The notes under the pieces: model-generated
Database searches by the model: none
What the model was told of the DNA's origin: nothing
Seen by the model: the letters and a program-made list of their open reading frames with translations, nothing else
Made by a program: the position numbers and the translations under genes
Shown here: positions 1 to 8,526 of the stretch, piece by piece
Layout: each line of letters begins with the position of its first letter
Numbering within the stretch: the stretch's first letter is position 1
From: Octopus sinensis
Lineage: Eukaryota
Reading direction: 5' to 3'
DNA length: 15,165 nt
Assembly (NCBI RefSeq): GCF_006345805.1
Contig: NW_021825528.1
Span: 1 to 15,165 of the forward strand

Positions 1-799
1 GGTCGATGTAATCGACTTAATACCTATGTCTGTCCTTGTTTGTCCCCTCTGTGTTTAGCCCCTTGTGGGTAGTAAAGAAATAGGAATTTCGTCAGCCGCT
101 ACGTTCTGAGTTCAAATTCCGCCGAGGTCGACTTTGCCTTCCGGGGTCCATAAATTAAGTACCAGTTACGCATTGGGGTCGATGTAATCGACTTAATACC
201 TATGTCTGTCCTTGTTTGTCCCCTCTGTGTTTAGCCCCTTGTGGGTAGTAAAGAAATAGATATTTCGTCTGCCGTTACGTTCTGAGTTCAAATTCCGCCG
301 AGGTCGACTTTGCCTTTCATCCTTTCGGGGTCGATAAATTAAGTACCAGTTACGCATTGGGGTCGATGTAATCGACTTAATACCTATGTCTGTCCTTGTT
401 TGTCCCCTCTGTGTTTAGCCCCTTGTGGGTAGTAAAGAAATAGGTATTTCGTCTGCCGTTACGTTCTGAGTTCAAATTCCGCCGAGGTCGACTTTGCCTT
501 TCGGGGTCGATAAATTAAGTACCAGTTATGCATTGGGGTCGATGTAATCGACTTAATACCTATGTCTGTGCTTGTTTGTCCCCTCTGTGTTTAGCTCCTT
601 GTGGGTAGTAAAGAAATAGGTATTTCGTCTGCCGTTACGTTCTGAGTTCAAATTCCGCCGAGGTCGACTTTGCCTTTCGGGGTCGATAAATTAAGTACCA
701 GTTACGCATTGGGGTCGATGTAATCGACTTAATACCTATGTCTGTGCTTGATTGTCCCCTCTGTGTTTAGCCCCTTATGGGTAGTAAAGAAATAGGTAT
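1..799 (+). mobile_element. Tandem array of SINE family A bodies (units of 176/184 bp, about 4.5 copies, open at window start)
   Basis: GGTCGATGTAATCGACTTAA recurs at 1, 177, 361, 537, 713. The unit is the body of the full SINE at 12911, with B box GAGTTCAAATTCC. The 176-bp units lack 8 bp between two CCTTTC repeats. Confidence 0.93.
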
Positions 800-866
800 C
801 CTCTTATACATACAATTGCACTTGCTTCCGTGCATGCGCATCTGTGTGCGCGCGTGCGTACATTGA

Positions 867-941
867 CAATAATCCCTCGACTATCGCGAGTGCTATGTTC
901 CAGAACCCACCGCGATAAGTGAAAATCCGCGAAGTAGAAAC
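867..941 (+). mobile_element. Left end of Tigger/pogo-like (TcMar) MITE
   Basis: CAATAATCCCTCGACTATCGCG...GTTCCAGAACCCACCGCGATAAGTGAAAATCCGCG resembles Tigger-type termini (recalled pattern). First 13 bp are an inverted match to 2506-2518. Confidence 0.65.
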
Positions 942-950
942 TTTGCTGTA

Positions 951-1157
951 TTCTTTTACTAGTTTCAGTTATTTGACTGGTGGCCATTCTGGAGCACCGC
1001 CTTTTAGTCGAACAAATCGGCCCCAGGACTTATTCTTTGCGCGCCTAGTTCTTATTCTATCGGTCTCCTTTTGCCGAACTACTAAACACCCCAACATCGG
1101 TTATCAAGCGATGGTGGGAGAGAAACACAGACACACAAACATACTTACACACACACA

Positions 1158-1190
<33 letters not shown>

Positions 1191-1215
1191 ACGCACACAC
1201 ACACACACACACACA

Positions 1216-1256
<41 letters not shown>

Positions 1257-1257
1257 G

Positions 1258-1291
<34 letters not shown>

Positions 1292-1488
1292 TACGTACAC
1301 ACACACACACACACATATACATATATACAACGAGCTTCTTTCAGTTTCCGTCTACCAAATCCACTCACAAGGCTTTGGTCGGCCCGAGGCTAGAGTAGAA
1401 GACACTTGCCCAAGGTGCTACGCAGTGGGACTGAACCCGGAACCATGTGGTTGGGAAGCAAGCTACTTACCACACAGCCACTCCTGCG
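951..1488 (-). mobile_element. SINE family B (tRNA head, CORE-like domain, internal microsatellite, 3' tail)
   Basis: On the minus strand: CAGGAGTGGCTGTGTGG (A box), GGTTCAGTCCC (B box), CCTTGGGCAAGTGTCTT (CORE-like). Internal (CA)n/(CG)n at about 1146-1327. Homologous to copies at 4518, 7082, 9069. Confidence 0.93.
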
Positions 1489-1599
1489 TCTATGTTGTCA
1501 CTCTTACTTCAAAACTCCTACTCCTGCACCTATATAGCCACTCCTGCGCCTCTATACTTTATACTTTTTTATATTATTTGTATAATTTGTATATATTTA

Positions 1600-1945
1600 T
1601 CTCTCTATATATAAAGTTGTCTGTGTGGGTGTATGGCAAGTTTGGTAGCCTTCAACTAACACTATCTCCTCCGAGACCCTGCGGCGCAATTTAACCAAAA
1701 TTGAGAGTATGATAGAAGAAGGCTTGCTCTTCCTTTCGAAGAAGAAATAATTCAAATCTCTATGAAAATCTCTAATTTTTTAACGATTTTTTGATTGCTG
1801 TGTCGCCATTTTTCGGTGTATTTCAACCAGAAAAATGTTCACTTAAAGAGAATAACAAGCTACATAATGCAAGATTTTTACTTCTCAAAAATTCCAATTC
1901 TAAAGGGTCGAAACAAACCCGAGCAACGCAGGGCGATACTGCTAG
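1600..1945 (+). mobile_element. Non-autonomous Helitron, family H1, array unit 1
   Basis: A|TC 5' end (TCTCTCTATATATAAAG). 3' hairpin CCCGAGCAACGCAGGG then CTAG. About 47-bp internal deletion relative to unit 2. Confidence 0.88.
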
Positions 1946-2331
1946 TCTATATATATAAAGCTGAAGTTGTCTGTGTATGGCAGGTTTGGTAGCCTTCAAC
2001 TAACACTATCTCCTCTGAGACCCTACGGCGCAAGTTAACCAAAATTGAGAGTATGATAGAAGGCTTGCTCTTCATTCCGTAGTAGAAAAAATTCAAATCG
2101 GACCATGTCAACACCAAAAATTATTTACATCAAAAAGGTGCTTTTTTACTACGAAAATCCCTATTTTTAACGATTTTTTGACTGCTGTGTCGCCATTTTT
2201 CGGTGTATTTCAACCAGAAAAATGTTCACTTAAAGAGAATAACAAGCTACATAATGCAAGATTTTTACTTCTCAAAAATTCCAGTTCTAAAGGGTCGAAA
2301 CAAACTCGAGCAACGCCGGGGATACTGCTAG
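1946..2331 (+). mobile_element. Non-autonomous Helitron H1, array unit 2
   Basis: Starts TC directly after the CTAG of unit 1. Ends CTCGAGCAACGCCGGGGATACTGCTAG. Confidence 0.88.
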
Positions 2332-2452
2332 TCTATATATATGAAGCTGAAGTTGTTTGCGTATGGCAGGTTTGGTAGCCTTCAACTAACAGTATCTCCT
2401 CCAAGACCCTGTGGCACAAATTGACCAAAATTGAGAGTATGATAGAAGAAGG
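2332..2452 (+). mobile_element. Non-autonomous Helitron H1, array unit 3 (3'-truncated)
   Basis: CTAG|TC junction again. Homology to units 1/2 stops at GATAGAAGAAGG. Confidence 0.85.
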
Positions 2453-2476
2453 AGGAATCGACGTATGCTTAGATAA

Positions 2477-2518
2477 TAAACCGCGATAAATGAACCGTGA
2501 TATGGCGAGGGATTGCTG
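2477..2518 (+). mobile_element. Right end of Tigger/pogo-like MITE
   Basis: Reverse complement CAGCAATCCCTCGCCATATCACGG vs left end CAATAATCCCTCGACTATCGCG. Followed by TA (2519-2520). Left flank is GA, so the TA TSD is intact on one side only. Confidence 0.6.
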
Positions 2519-2571
2519 TATGCACATGTTCTTCTTTTGGAATATCTCGAAGCACACATATAAAGCTATAG

Positions 2572-2716
2572 ATAATCCTTTTCCATATACTCACAAAGTC
2601 TGAAATTTTTAGGGGAAAAGGCTCGTCGATTATTTTGACCCCATTGGACACACGGGTACTTATTTTATCGACCTCGAAAGGATAAAAGGCAATGTCGACC
2701 TCTGCGGAATTTGAAC
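2572..2716 (-). mobile_element. SINE family E fragment (family A-type central domain, different 3' tail)
   Basis: Minus strand GTTCAAATTCCGCAGAGGTCGAC..CCTTTCGAGGTCGATAAAATAAGTACC matches the family A core. The tail differs from family A and loosely resembles 11641-11690. Confidence 0.75.
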
Positions 2717-2721
2717 TGCAA

Positions 2722-3420
2722 TCATCATCATCATTGTTCGACCGTGGTCGAGACAATGGAATTTACCATGCTACGCCAGACTTCACGGTCCATCATGGCA
2801 TTACGGAGGTCCTGTTGCTGGATGCCTGTATCCCTGGAGATTACATCAGGGTAGGAGAGTGTGCGCCCTCTGGTATTGCGAGTAGATGGCTTCCTGAGGA
2901 GAGAGTAAGAAATTACCTCGTTTTCAGCTCTACAACAATGTCCAGCAAACTGGACTCTCCTACCTTTCGCAAGAGATGACACAGGTGGTAGTTTCCCATA
3001 TATTTGCATTTTGGTTGGATGGCGTTTCCACAAGAGATTTTGAGCTCTCATAAGGAGGCGAGTGTAGGTTCCATTCAACCGCTTCTCAAGCTTCTTTGAT
3101 AACATCCAGGTTTCTGAGCCATATAGTAGAATTGGTTCGACTGTGGCTTTGAATATTTCAAGTTTGAAGTCTCTACTTAGATTTGATGACCAAATCTTAT
3201 GCATGTCATTACAGGCTGACCAGGCCATACCCTTTCTAGTTAGAAAGTCTTTTCCAGATGATGATATGTATGACCCAAGATATTTGTAATCAGAAACCAT
3301 ATTTAAGGGCGCGTTGTTGAGAGTATGGATGATGCAATCACTGTTGGACAGGCACTTGTTTATGTATTCAGTTTTGGCCTCATTGATGTAAAGACCTACA
3401 CAATTTGAGGCTTGTTCAAA
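2722..3420 (-). mobile_element. 5'-truncated RTE-clade LINE (C-terminal RT region and tail), open reading frame
   Basis: Frame stays open upstream of the listed ATG: EQASNCVGLYINEAKTEY...YKYLGS...F.ATVEPILLYGSETW...RRVQFAGHCCR...DREVWR, typical RTE ORF C-terminus. Stop codon is the first unit of a (TGA)4 tail at 2722-2733. Confidence 0.92.
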
Positions 3421-3506
3421 GTTGCAGTCTAATGACTAACACAAGTAAAAGATAAAAGAAAAAACCGAAAAATTGTTCAGAAAGCCTTTTGTTTGTTTAT
3501 TCATAG

Positions 3507-3638
3507 GTTATTGGATTGATACTTGGACTAATCTACTTAAACCAAAGCATCAATCAACGAGGAGTGATGAATATTAATGGTCTTCTCTTCATTCTGGTGG
3601 TAAACACTTCGTTTTCGAGTCAGTTCATGGTTGTCAAT
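3507..3638 (+). CDS. Exon (132 bp, phase 0/0) of white-like ABCG half-transporter, transmembrane domain
   Basis: Acceptor ttttgtttgtttattcatAG|, donor |GTAAGT at 3639. Translates VIGLILGLIYLNQSINQRGVMNINGLLFILVVNTSFSSQFMVVN, matching the white/ABCG motif GLIYL..Q..Q.GVMNING.LF. Joins in frame to the next exon. Confidence 0.93.
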
Positions 3639-3712
3639 GTAAGTACAAAGAGGCTAAGCCTCGTTTTGAGACTGTCCTATGTTCGTTCTTTTTATTTATA
3701 GCGAGTCACCGT

Positions 3713-3742
3713 TGGTCATGCGCCTGCGCAGGCCCATGACCA
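3713..3742. other. 30-bp near-perfect palindrome
   Basis: TGGTCATG-C-GCCTGC|GCAGGC-C-CATGACCA, 14 of 15 pairs. Confidence 0.85.
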
Positions 3743-3789
3743 GACTTTGCTGCTTGGGGGTGCTTCCAAATATTCTGGGTTGGCACTAA

Positions 3790-4258
3790 TCTCTCTCTAT
3801 ATAAAGCTGAAGTTGTCTGTGTATGGCAGGTTTGGTAGCCTTCAACTAAAACTGTCTCCTCCGAGATCCTGCGGCGCAAGTTGACCAAAATTGAGAGTGT
3901 GATAGAAGAAGGCTTGCTCTTTATTCCATAGAAGAAAAAAATCAAATCGGACCATGTTAACACCAAAAATTATTTACATAAAAAAGGTGTTTTTTTTTCT
4001 ATGAAAATCCCTATTTATTACGATTTTTTGACTGCTGTGTCGCCATTTTTCGGTGTTTTTGGCGACACAACAATCAAAAAATCGTAAAAAAATTAGAGAT
4101 TTTCATAGAAAAAAAGCACCTTTTTGGTGTAAATAATTTTTGGTGTTACCATGGTCCGATTTGAATAACAAGCTACATAATGCAAAATTTTTACTTTTCA
4201 AAAATTCCAATTCTAAAGGGTCGAAACAAACCCGAGCAACGCCGGGAGATACTGCTAG
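3790..4258 (+). mobile_element. Non-autonomous Helitron H1 with internal inverted duplication
   Basis: A|TC...CCCGAGCAACGCCGGG..CTAG|T (AT target, no TSD). 3942-4045 and 4060-4164 are inverted copies. Confidence 0.9.
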
Positions 4259-4517
4259 TTGGTAATAATGCTAAAGTGGAGTTTCAAAATAAGTGTATCT
4301 CTGTAAATCTGAGGTGCACCATTGAATAATAAGGGGGAAGTACCATCCAGTGTACCCCCTTAGCGAAGGACATGTTTGTCAGACTTCAAGAAATGTACTG
4401 CAGGAAGATTTTTGTAACTGTATTTTCTAAATCTGAGGGTTCACCAGGGGCCAGTGAAGGGGACAGTGCTGTTCAGTGCACCCACTTAGTGACGGGCATG
4501 CGTCTGTACATGAACGG

Positions 4518-4921
4518 GGCGCAGGAGTGGCTGTGTGGTAAGTAGCTTGTTTACCAACCACATGGTTCCGGGTTCAGTCCCACTGCGTGGCACCTTGGGC
4601 AAGTGTCTTCTACTATAGCCTCGGCCGACCAAAGCCTTGTGAGTGGATTTGGTAGACGGAAACTGAAAGAAGCCCGTCGTATATATGTGTGTATGTGTGT
4701 ATGTGTGCGTGTATGTATGTGTGTCTGTGTTTGTCCCCCTAGCATTGCTTGACAACCGATGCTGGTGTGTTTATGTCCCCGTCACCTAGCGGTTCGGAAA
4801 AAGAGACCGATAGAATAAGTACTGGGCTTACAATAAGTACCGGAGTCGAGTTGCTCGATTAAAGGCGGTGCTCCAGCATGGCCGCAGTCAAATTACTGAA
4901 ACAAGTAAAAGAAAGAAAGAA
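4518..4921 (+). mobile_element. SINE family B, near full length
   Basis: GGCGCAGGAGTGGCTGTGTGG head, CORE-like domain, (TG)n centre, ends GAAACAAGTAAAAGAAAG. Confidence 0.93.
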
Positions 4922-4945
4922 ATGCCAGCTTTTCTTTTCTTTATA

Positions 4946-5200
4946 CTTTTCTTTTCTTCTTTTCAGTTTCTTTTAGTCACTAGACCGCGGCCATGCTGGA
5001 GTACCGCATCGAAGGGAGTTTTATAATTGAACAGATCGCACCCCCAGTACTTTTATTTATTTTTAAAAAAATCCTAAACTTATTCTATCGGGCTCTTTTA
5101 CCGAACTGCTAACTTTACACGGGCGTAAACTAATCAACACCGGTTGTCAAGGAGACGGTGGCGATGATGGTGGTCACAAACACGCGCTCGCTCATATATA
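4946..5200 (-). mobile_element. Diverged 3' half of SINE family B
   Basis: GCGGCCATGCTGGAG, CTTATTCTATCGG, ACCGGTTGTCAAG are reverse complements of the family B tail. Confidence 0.8.
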
Positions 5201-5310
5201 ACCGGTTCTGCAAAAGAGACCGGTAGAGGAAGTACCGGACTTTAAAACAAGTACCTAAAAGCTGGGGGAGGGGTGATTTGCTCGTTTGAACCTGCGGTTC
5301 TCCACCAGAG
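5201..5310 (+). mobile_element. Strongly diverged SINE family B tail fragment
   Basis: CGGTTCTGCAAAAGAGACCGGTAGAGGAAGTAC and GATTTGCTCG match the family B tail. Confidence 0.6.
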
Positions 5311-5515
5311 TCTATATGACCTTTTAGGTCCCTGTAAAAGGGTCATTTTGCACGAACCTTTGGGGGTTCATGTAAAATTTTGTTGTGAAATAAATCGTAT
5401 CAGGGCAATCATCCCCATAAGACAATTCCCACCAACGACAACTACCCCCTAGGGCAATTATTTCCTTTCATTAATTACCTTCTCTCCACTATATTAAGCA
5501 GTTTTAAATCTTCAT

Positions 5516-5541
5516 CTAAAAGTGCAAATTATACGCGATTC
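5516..5541 (-). pseudogene. MULE transposase remnant, C-terminal segment with stop
   Basis: Removing the foldback element and one TSD gives YLRGIAYNLHF*, a typical MULE C-terminus. TAG at 5516-5518. Confidence 0.8.
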
Positions 5542-5941
5542 GGATCTTTCCCTTTTGAACGGCAGACAATTTCTAGTTAACTAAACACTTTTAAACTTCG
5601 TATACTGGTAGAATGTGTCAAAATAAAACATTTTTGGATCTTTTCCTTTTGAACGGCAGTTTTCAACACAATTTCTAGTTAACTAAACACTTTTAAACTT
5701 CGTATACTGGTAGAATGTGTCAAAATAAAACATTTTTGGATCTTTTCCTTTTGAACGGCAGTTTTCAACACAATTTCTAGTTAACTAAACACTTTTAAAC
5801 TTCGTATACTGGTAGAATGTGTCAAAATAAAACATTTTTGGATCTTTTCCTTTTGAACGGCAGTTTTCAACACAATTTCTAGTTAACTAAACACTTTTAA
5901 ACTTCGTATACTGGTAGAATGTGTCAAAATAAAACATTTTT
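5542..5941 (+). repeat. Four tandem copies of the foldback left terminus (94, 102, 102, 102 bp)
   Basis: GGATCTTT starts at 5542, 5636, 5738, 5840. Units 2-4 read identical. Confidence 0.93.
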
Positions 5942-6091
5942 TTCTCTTGGCTTTCTTGAGAAAATTGTAATTTGTTTGTTTAACGTAGTTTAATTTTTCG
6001 AATTTTAACCAATCCTATGCTCTCTTTTGAGCTAAAATCATTTACTGCGTCTAACACTGAGACAACATCCTGTAACTAACCCTAAATCTCC

Positions 6092-6254
6092 CCCTAACCC
6101 TAACCCTAACCCTAATTTTTGTTTCTTAATTGTTAAATTAATTTAATTGTTACGCGTGTAAAAAAAAACTAAAGCAATGGAATTAAATTAATTTAACAAT
6201 TAAGAAAAAAAAAATTAGGGTTAGTGTTAGGGTTAGGGGGAGGTTTAGGGTTAG
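6092..6254. repeat. Interstitial (CCCTAA)4 and inverted degenerate (TTAGGG)n inside the foldback arms
   Basis: CCCTAA x4 at 6092-6115. TTAGGG-type run at about 6215-6254. Confidence 0.9.
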
Positions 6255-6498
6255 TTACAAGATGTTGTCTCAGTTTTAGACGCAGCAAATGATTTTAGTT
6301 GAATGGAGGTAATCGACTGGTTAAAATTGCCGAAATACTCGGGTTTTTAAGGCGAAATATCTTACAAACTATAGAATTTTCTCAATAAAACCAAGAGAAA
6401 ATTATGTTTTATAAACACATTCTCCCAGTATATGAAGTTTAAAAGTGTTTAGTTAACTAGAAATTAGTTGACATCTGCCGTTCAAAAGGAAAAGATCC

Positions 6499-6530
6499 CA
6501 CGATTCCTCGTAAATATTATATTACATTTA
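6499..6530 (-). pseudogene. MULE transposase remnant, segment 4
   Basis: Removing the Helitron at 6531-6901 gives ...NYEN|INVIIYLRGI in frame. Confidence 0.78.
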
Positions 6531-6901
6531 TCTCTCTATATAAAAACGGCAGTTTGTCTGTGTGTGTTTCTGTGTGTCTGTTAGGTTGTACCCTCACCCT
6601 GACCACGGCTTTCAACCGATTCTGATGAAACTTGACACACACATAGCCCAATGTCATAATTCAAAACTAACGCAGCGAAAATTTTGAAAAGTTCCCCCAG
6701 TTCTGAAAAAAATCGATAAATTCGACATGGGGTCGAGAATCAGAAACACAAGCCACAGACTGTCTAGGGGACGCAACTCAACCTTTTTAACTAAAAAAAA
6801 ATTTACAATAATTTTTTTTCCATTTTTTGGCTATAACTCTCTAAAAATGCTTTATAGTTATTTCCCTTACAAACCCGAGCAACGCCGGGCGATACTGCTA
6901 G
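6531..6901 (+). mobile_element. Non-autonomous Helitron, family H2
   Basis: A|TCTCTCTATATAAAA...ACAAACCCGAGCAACGCCGGGCGATACTGCTAG|T. Termini shared with H1, interior unrelated. Removal restores the MULE frame. Confidence 0.9.
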
Positions 6902-7080
6902 TGTTTTCATAATTGCTAACTACGGCATTAATGCGGGTTGAAACATGTTAATATTTCTTTCTTGATGGCTGTTTAGCAAAACCCGTCAAGGTTTGAGTCT
7001 TAAAGTACTTGTTGTTATGCTTGCTCTCTTCTGATATATTTTAAAAACTTCCAAATGTTTGGCTAGCAACAACCAGCATT
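6902..7080 (-). pseudogene. MULE transposase remnant, segment 3
   Basis: GCC*PNIWKFLKYIRREQ and, after a frameshift, PSRKKY*HVSTRINAVVSNYEN. Confidence 0.82.
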
Positions 7081-7081
7081 T

Positions 7082-7298
7082 ACTCTTTTACTCTTTTACT
7101 TGTTTCAGTCATTTGACTGCGGCCATGCCGGAGCACCACCTTTAGTCGAGCAAATCGACCCCGGGTCTTATTCTTTTGTAAGCCCAGTACTTATTCTATC
7201 GGTCTCTTTTGCCGAACCGTTGTAACGGGGACATAAAACACCCAGCATCGGTTGTCAAGCGATGTTGGGAGGAGACAAACACAGAAACACAACACACA

Positions 7299-7385
<87 letters not shown>

Positions 7386-7412
7386 GATATATATATATAT
7401 ATATATATATAG

Positions 7413-7476
<64 letters not shown>

Positions 7477-7718
7477 ATTATATATATATATGTTATATAT
7501 ATATGTATATATATATATATAGTATATATATATATATATATATATACTATATATACGACGGGCTCTTTCAGTTTCGGTCTACCAAATCCACTCACAAGGC
7601 TCTGGTCGGCCCGAGGCTATAGTAGAAGACACTTGCCCAAGGTGCCACGCAGTGGGACTGAACCCGGAACCATGTGGTTGGTAAGCAAGCTACTTACCAC
7701 ACAGCCACTCCTGCGCCT
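7082..7718 (-). mobile_element. SINE family B, full length, with about 250-bp (TA)n expansion
   Basis: AGGCGCAGGAGTGG head at 7718. (TA)n at about 7303-7555. Tail GTAAAAGAGTAAAAGAGTA. Confidence 0.93.
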
Positions 7719-7722
7719 ATTT

Positions 7723-7928
7723 GATTAAATAGTCAAACAACTCTTGTGCCATCTTTCCACAGTATTGTTTGTTCTTGGAAGTTCATCCGACGTTCTGTTG
7801 TACATATTCCATAGACCCATTCCAAACACTGGTTCTCACTGTCTTCCTCTTCGACATGGTCACCCTGAGTATTTACCCTCAAAGTAATCTTCAAAGGGAT
7901 ATGTTTCTGGTGGCAGTATTTCACAAAG
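7723..7928 (-). pseudogene. MULE transposase remnant, segment 2
   Basis: CEILPPETYPFEDYFEGKYSG*PCRRGRQ*EPVFGMGLWNMYNRTSDELPRTNNTVERWHKS. DYFE, LWN and LPRTNN.VE.WH (catalytic Glu) are MULE hallmarks. Two in-frame stops. Confidence 0.9.
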
Positions 7929-8526
7929 GTGGCGAGCTGGCTGAAACGTTAGCACGCTGGGCGAAATGCTTAGCAGTATTTCGTCTGCCGTTACGTTCAG
8001 AGTTCAAATTCCGCCGAGGTCGACTTTGCCTTTCATCCTTTCGGGGTCGATAAATTAAGTACCAGTTACGCACTGGGGTCGATATAATCGACTTAATCCA
8101 TATGTCTCTCCTTGTTTGTCCCCTCTGTGTTTAGCCCCTTGTAGGTAGTAAAGAAATAGGTATTTCGTCTGCCACTACGTTCTGAGTTCAAATTCCACCG
8201 AGGTCGACTTTGGCTTTCCTCCTTTCGGGGTCGATAAATTAAGTACCAGTTATGCCCTGGGGTCGATATAATCGACTTAATCCGTTTGTCTGTCCTTGTT
8301 TGTCCTCTCTGTGTTTAGCCCCTTGTGGGTAGTAAAGAAATAGGTATTTTGTCTGCCGCTACGTTCTGAGTTCAAATTCCACCGAGGTCGACTTTGCCTT
8401 TCATCCTTTCGGGATAGATAAATTAAGTACCAGTTACGCCCTGGGGTCGATATAATCGACTTAATCCGTTTGTCTGTCCTTGTTTGTCCCCTCTATGTTT
8501 AGCCCCTTGTAGGTAGTAAAGAAATA
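7928..8526 (+). mobile_element. SINE family A: one tRNA head plus three 184-bp bodies
   Basis: Head GGTGGCGAGCTGGCTGAAACGTTAGCAC. Bodies begin at 7976, 8160, 8344. TSD AGTATTTCACAAAG (7915-7928) / AGTATTTCGCATAG (8527-8540), 12 of 14 identical. Confidence 0.93.

Larger units (their letters stand above)
5542..6498. mobile_element. Foldback/MITE-type element with about 310-bp inverted arms and 8-bp TSD
   Basis: Ends GGATC...GATCC. Arms 5840-6148 and 6181-6498, 32-bp spacer. TSD CGCGATTC (5534-5541) / CACGATTC (6499-6506). Confidence 0.88.

Noticed and set aside
1-799. Regular repeat array that might suggest CRISPR
   Set aside because: Whole 176/184-bp units repeat with no unique spacers, the unit is a SINE body, and the context is eukaryotic.
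919-1398. ORFs rich in HT/CV/YI (also 7191-7728, 14098-14738)
   Set aside because: Translations of dinucleotide microsatellites and SINEs.
2692-2979. 95-aa + strand ORF
   Set aside because: Antisense shadow of the RTE ORF.
3639-3701. 3' part of the listed ORF 3516-3701
   Set aside because: Read-through past the GTAAGT donor. Only 3507-3638 is exon.
3702-3790. Possible exon after ttttatttatAG
   Set aside because: No ABCG similarity, no donor before the Helitron, and the flanking exons already join without a gap.
4470-4500. Possible hAT MITE terminus (minus CATGCCCGTCACTAAG)
   Set aside because: No partner end or TSD found.
6092-6254. Telomere or fusion site
   Set aside because: Only a few units, embedded symmetrically in the arms of a TSD-flanked element.
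7733-7924. 63-aa minus ORF as a gene
   Set aside because: Off-frame. The MULE motifs are in another frame containing stops.
7928-8020. tRNA gene (also at 12911 and SINE B heads)
   Set aside because: A/B boxes are present but no cloverleaf, and they continue into SINE bodies.
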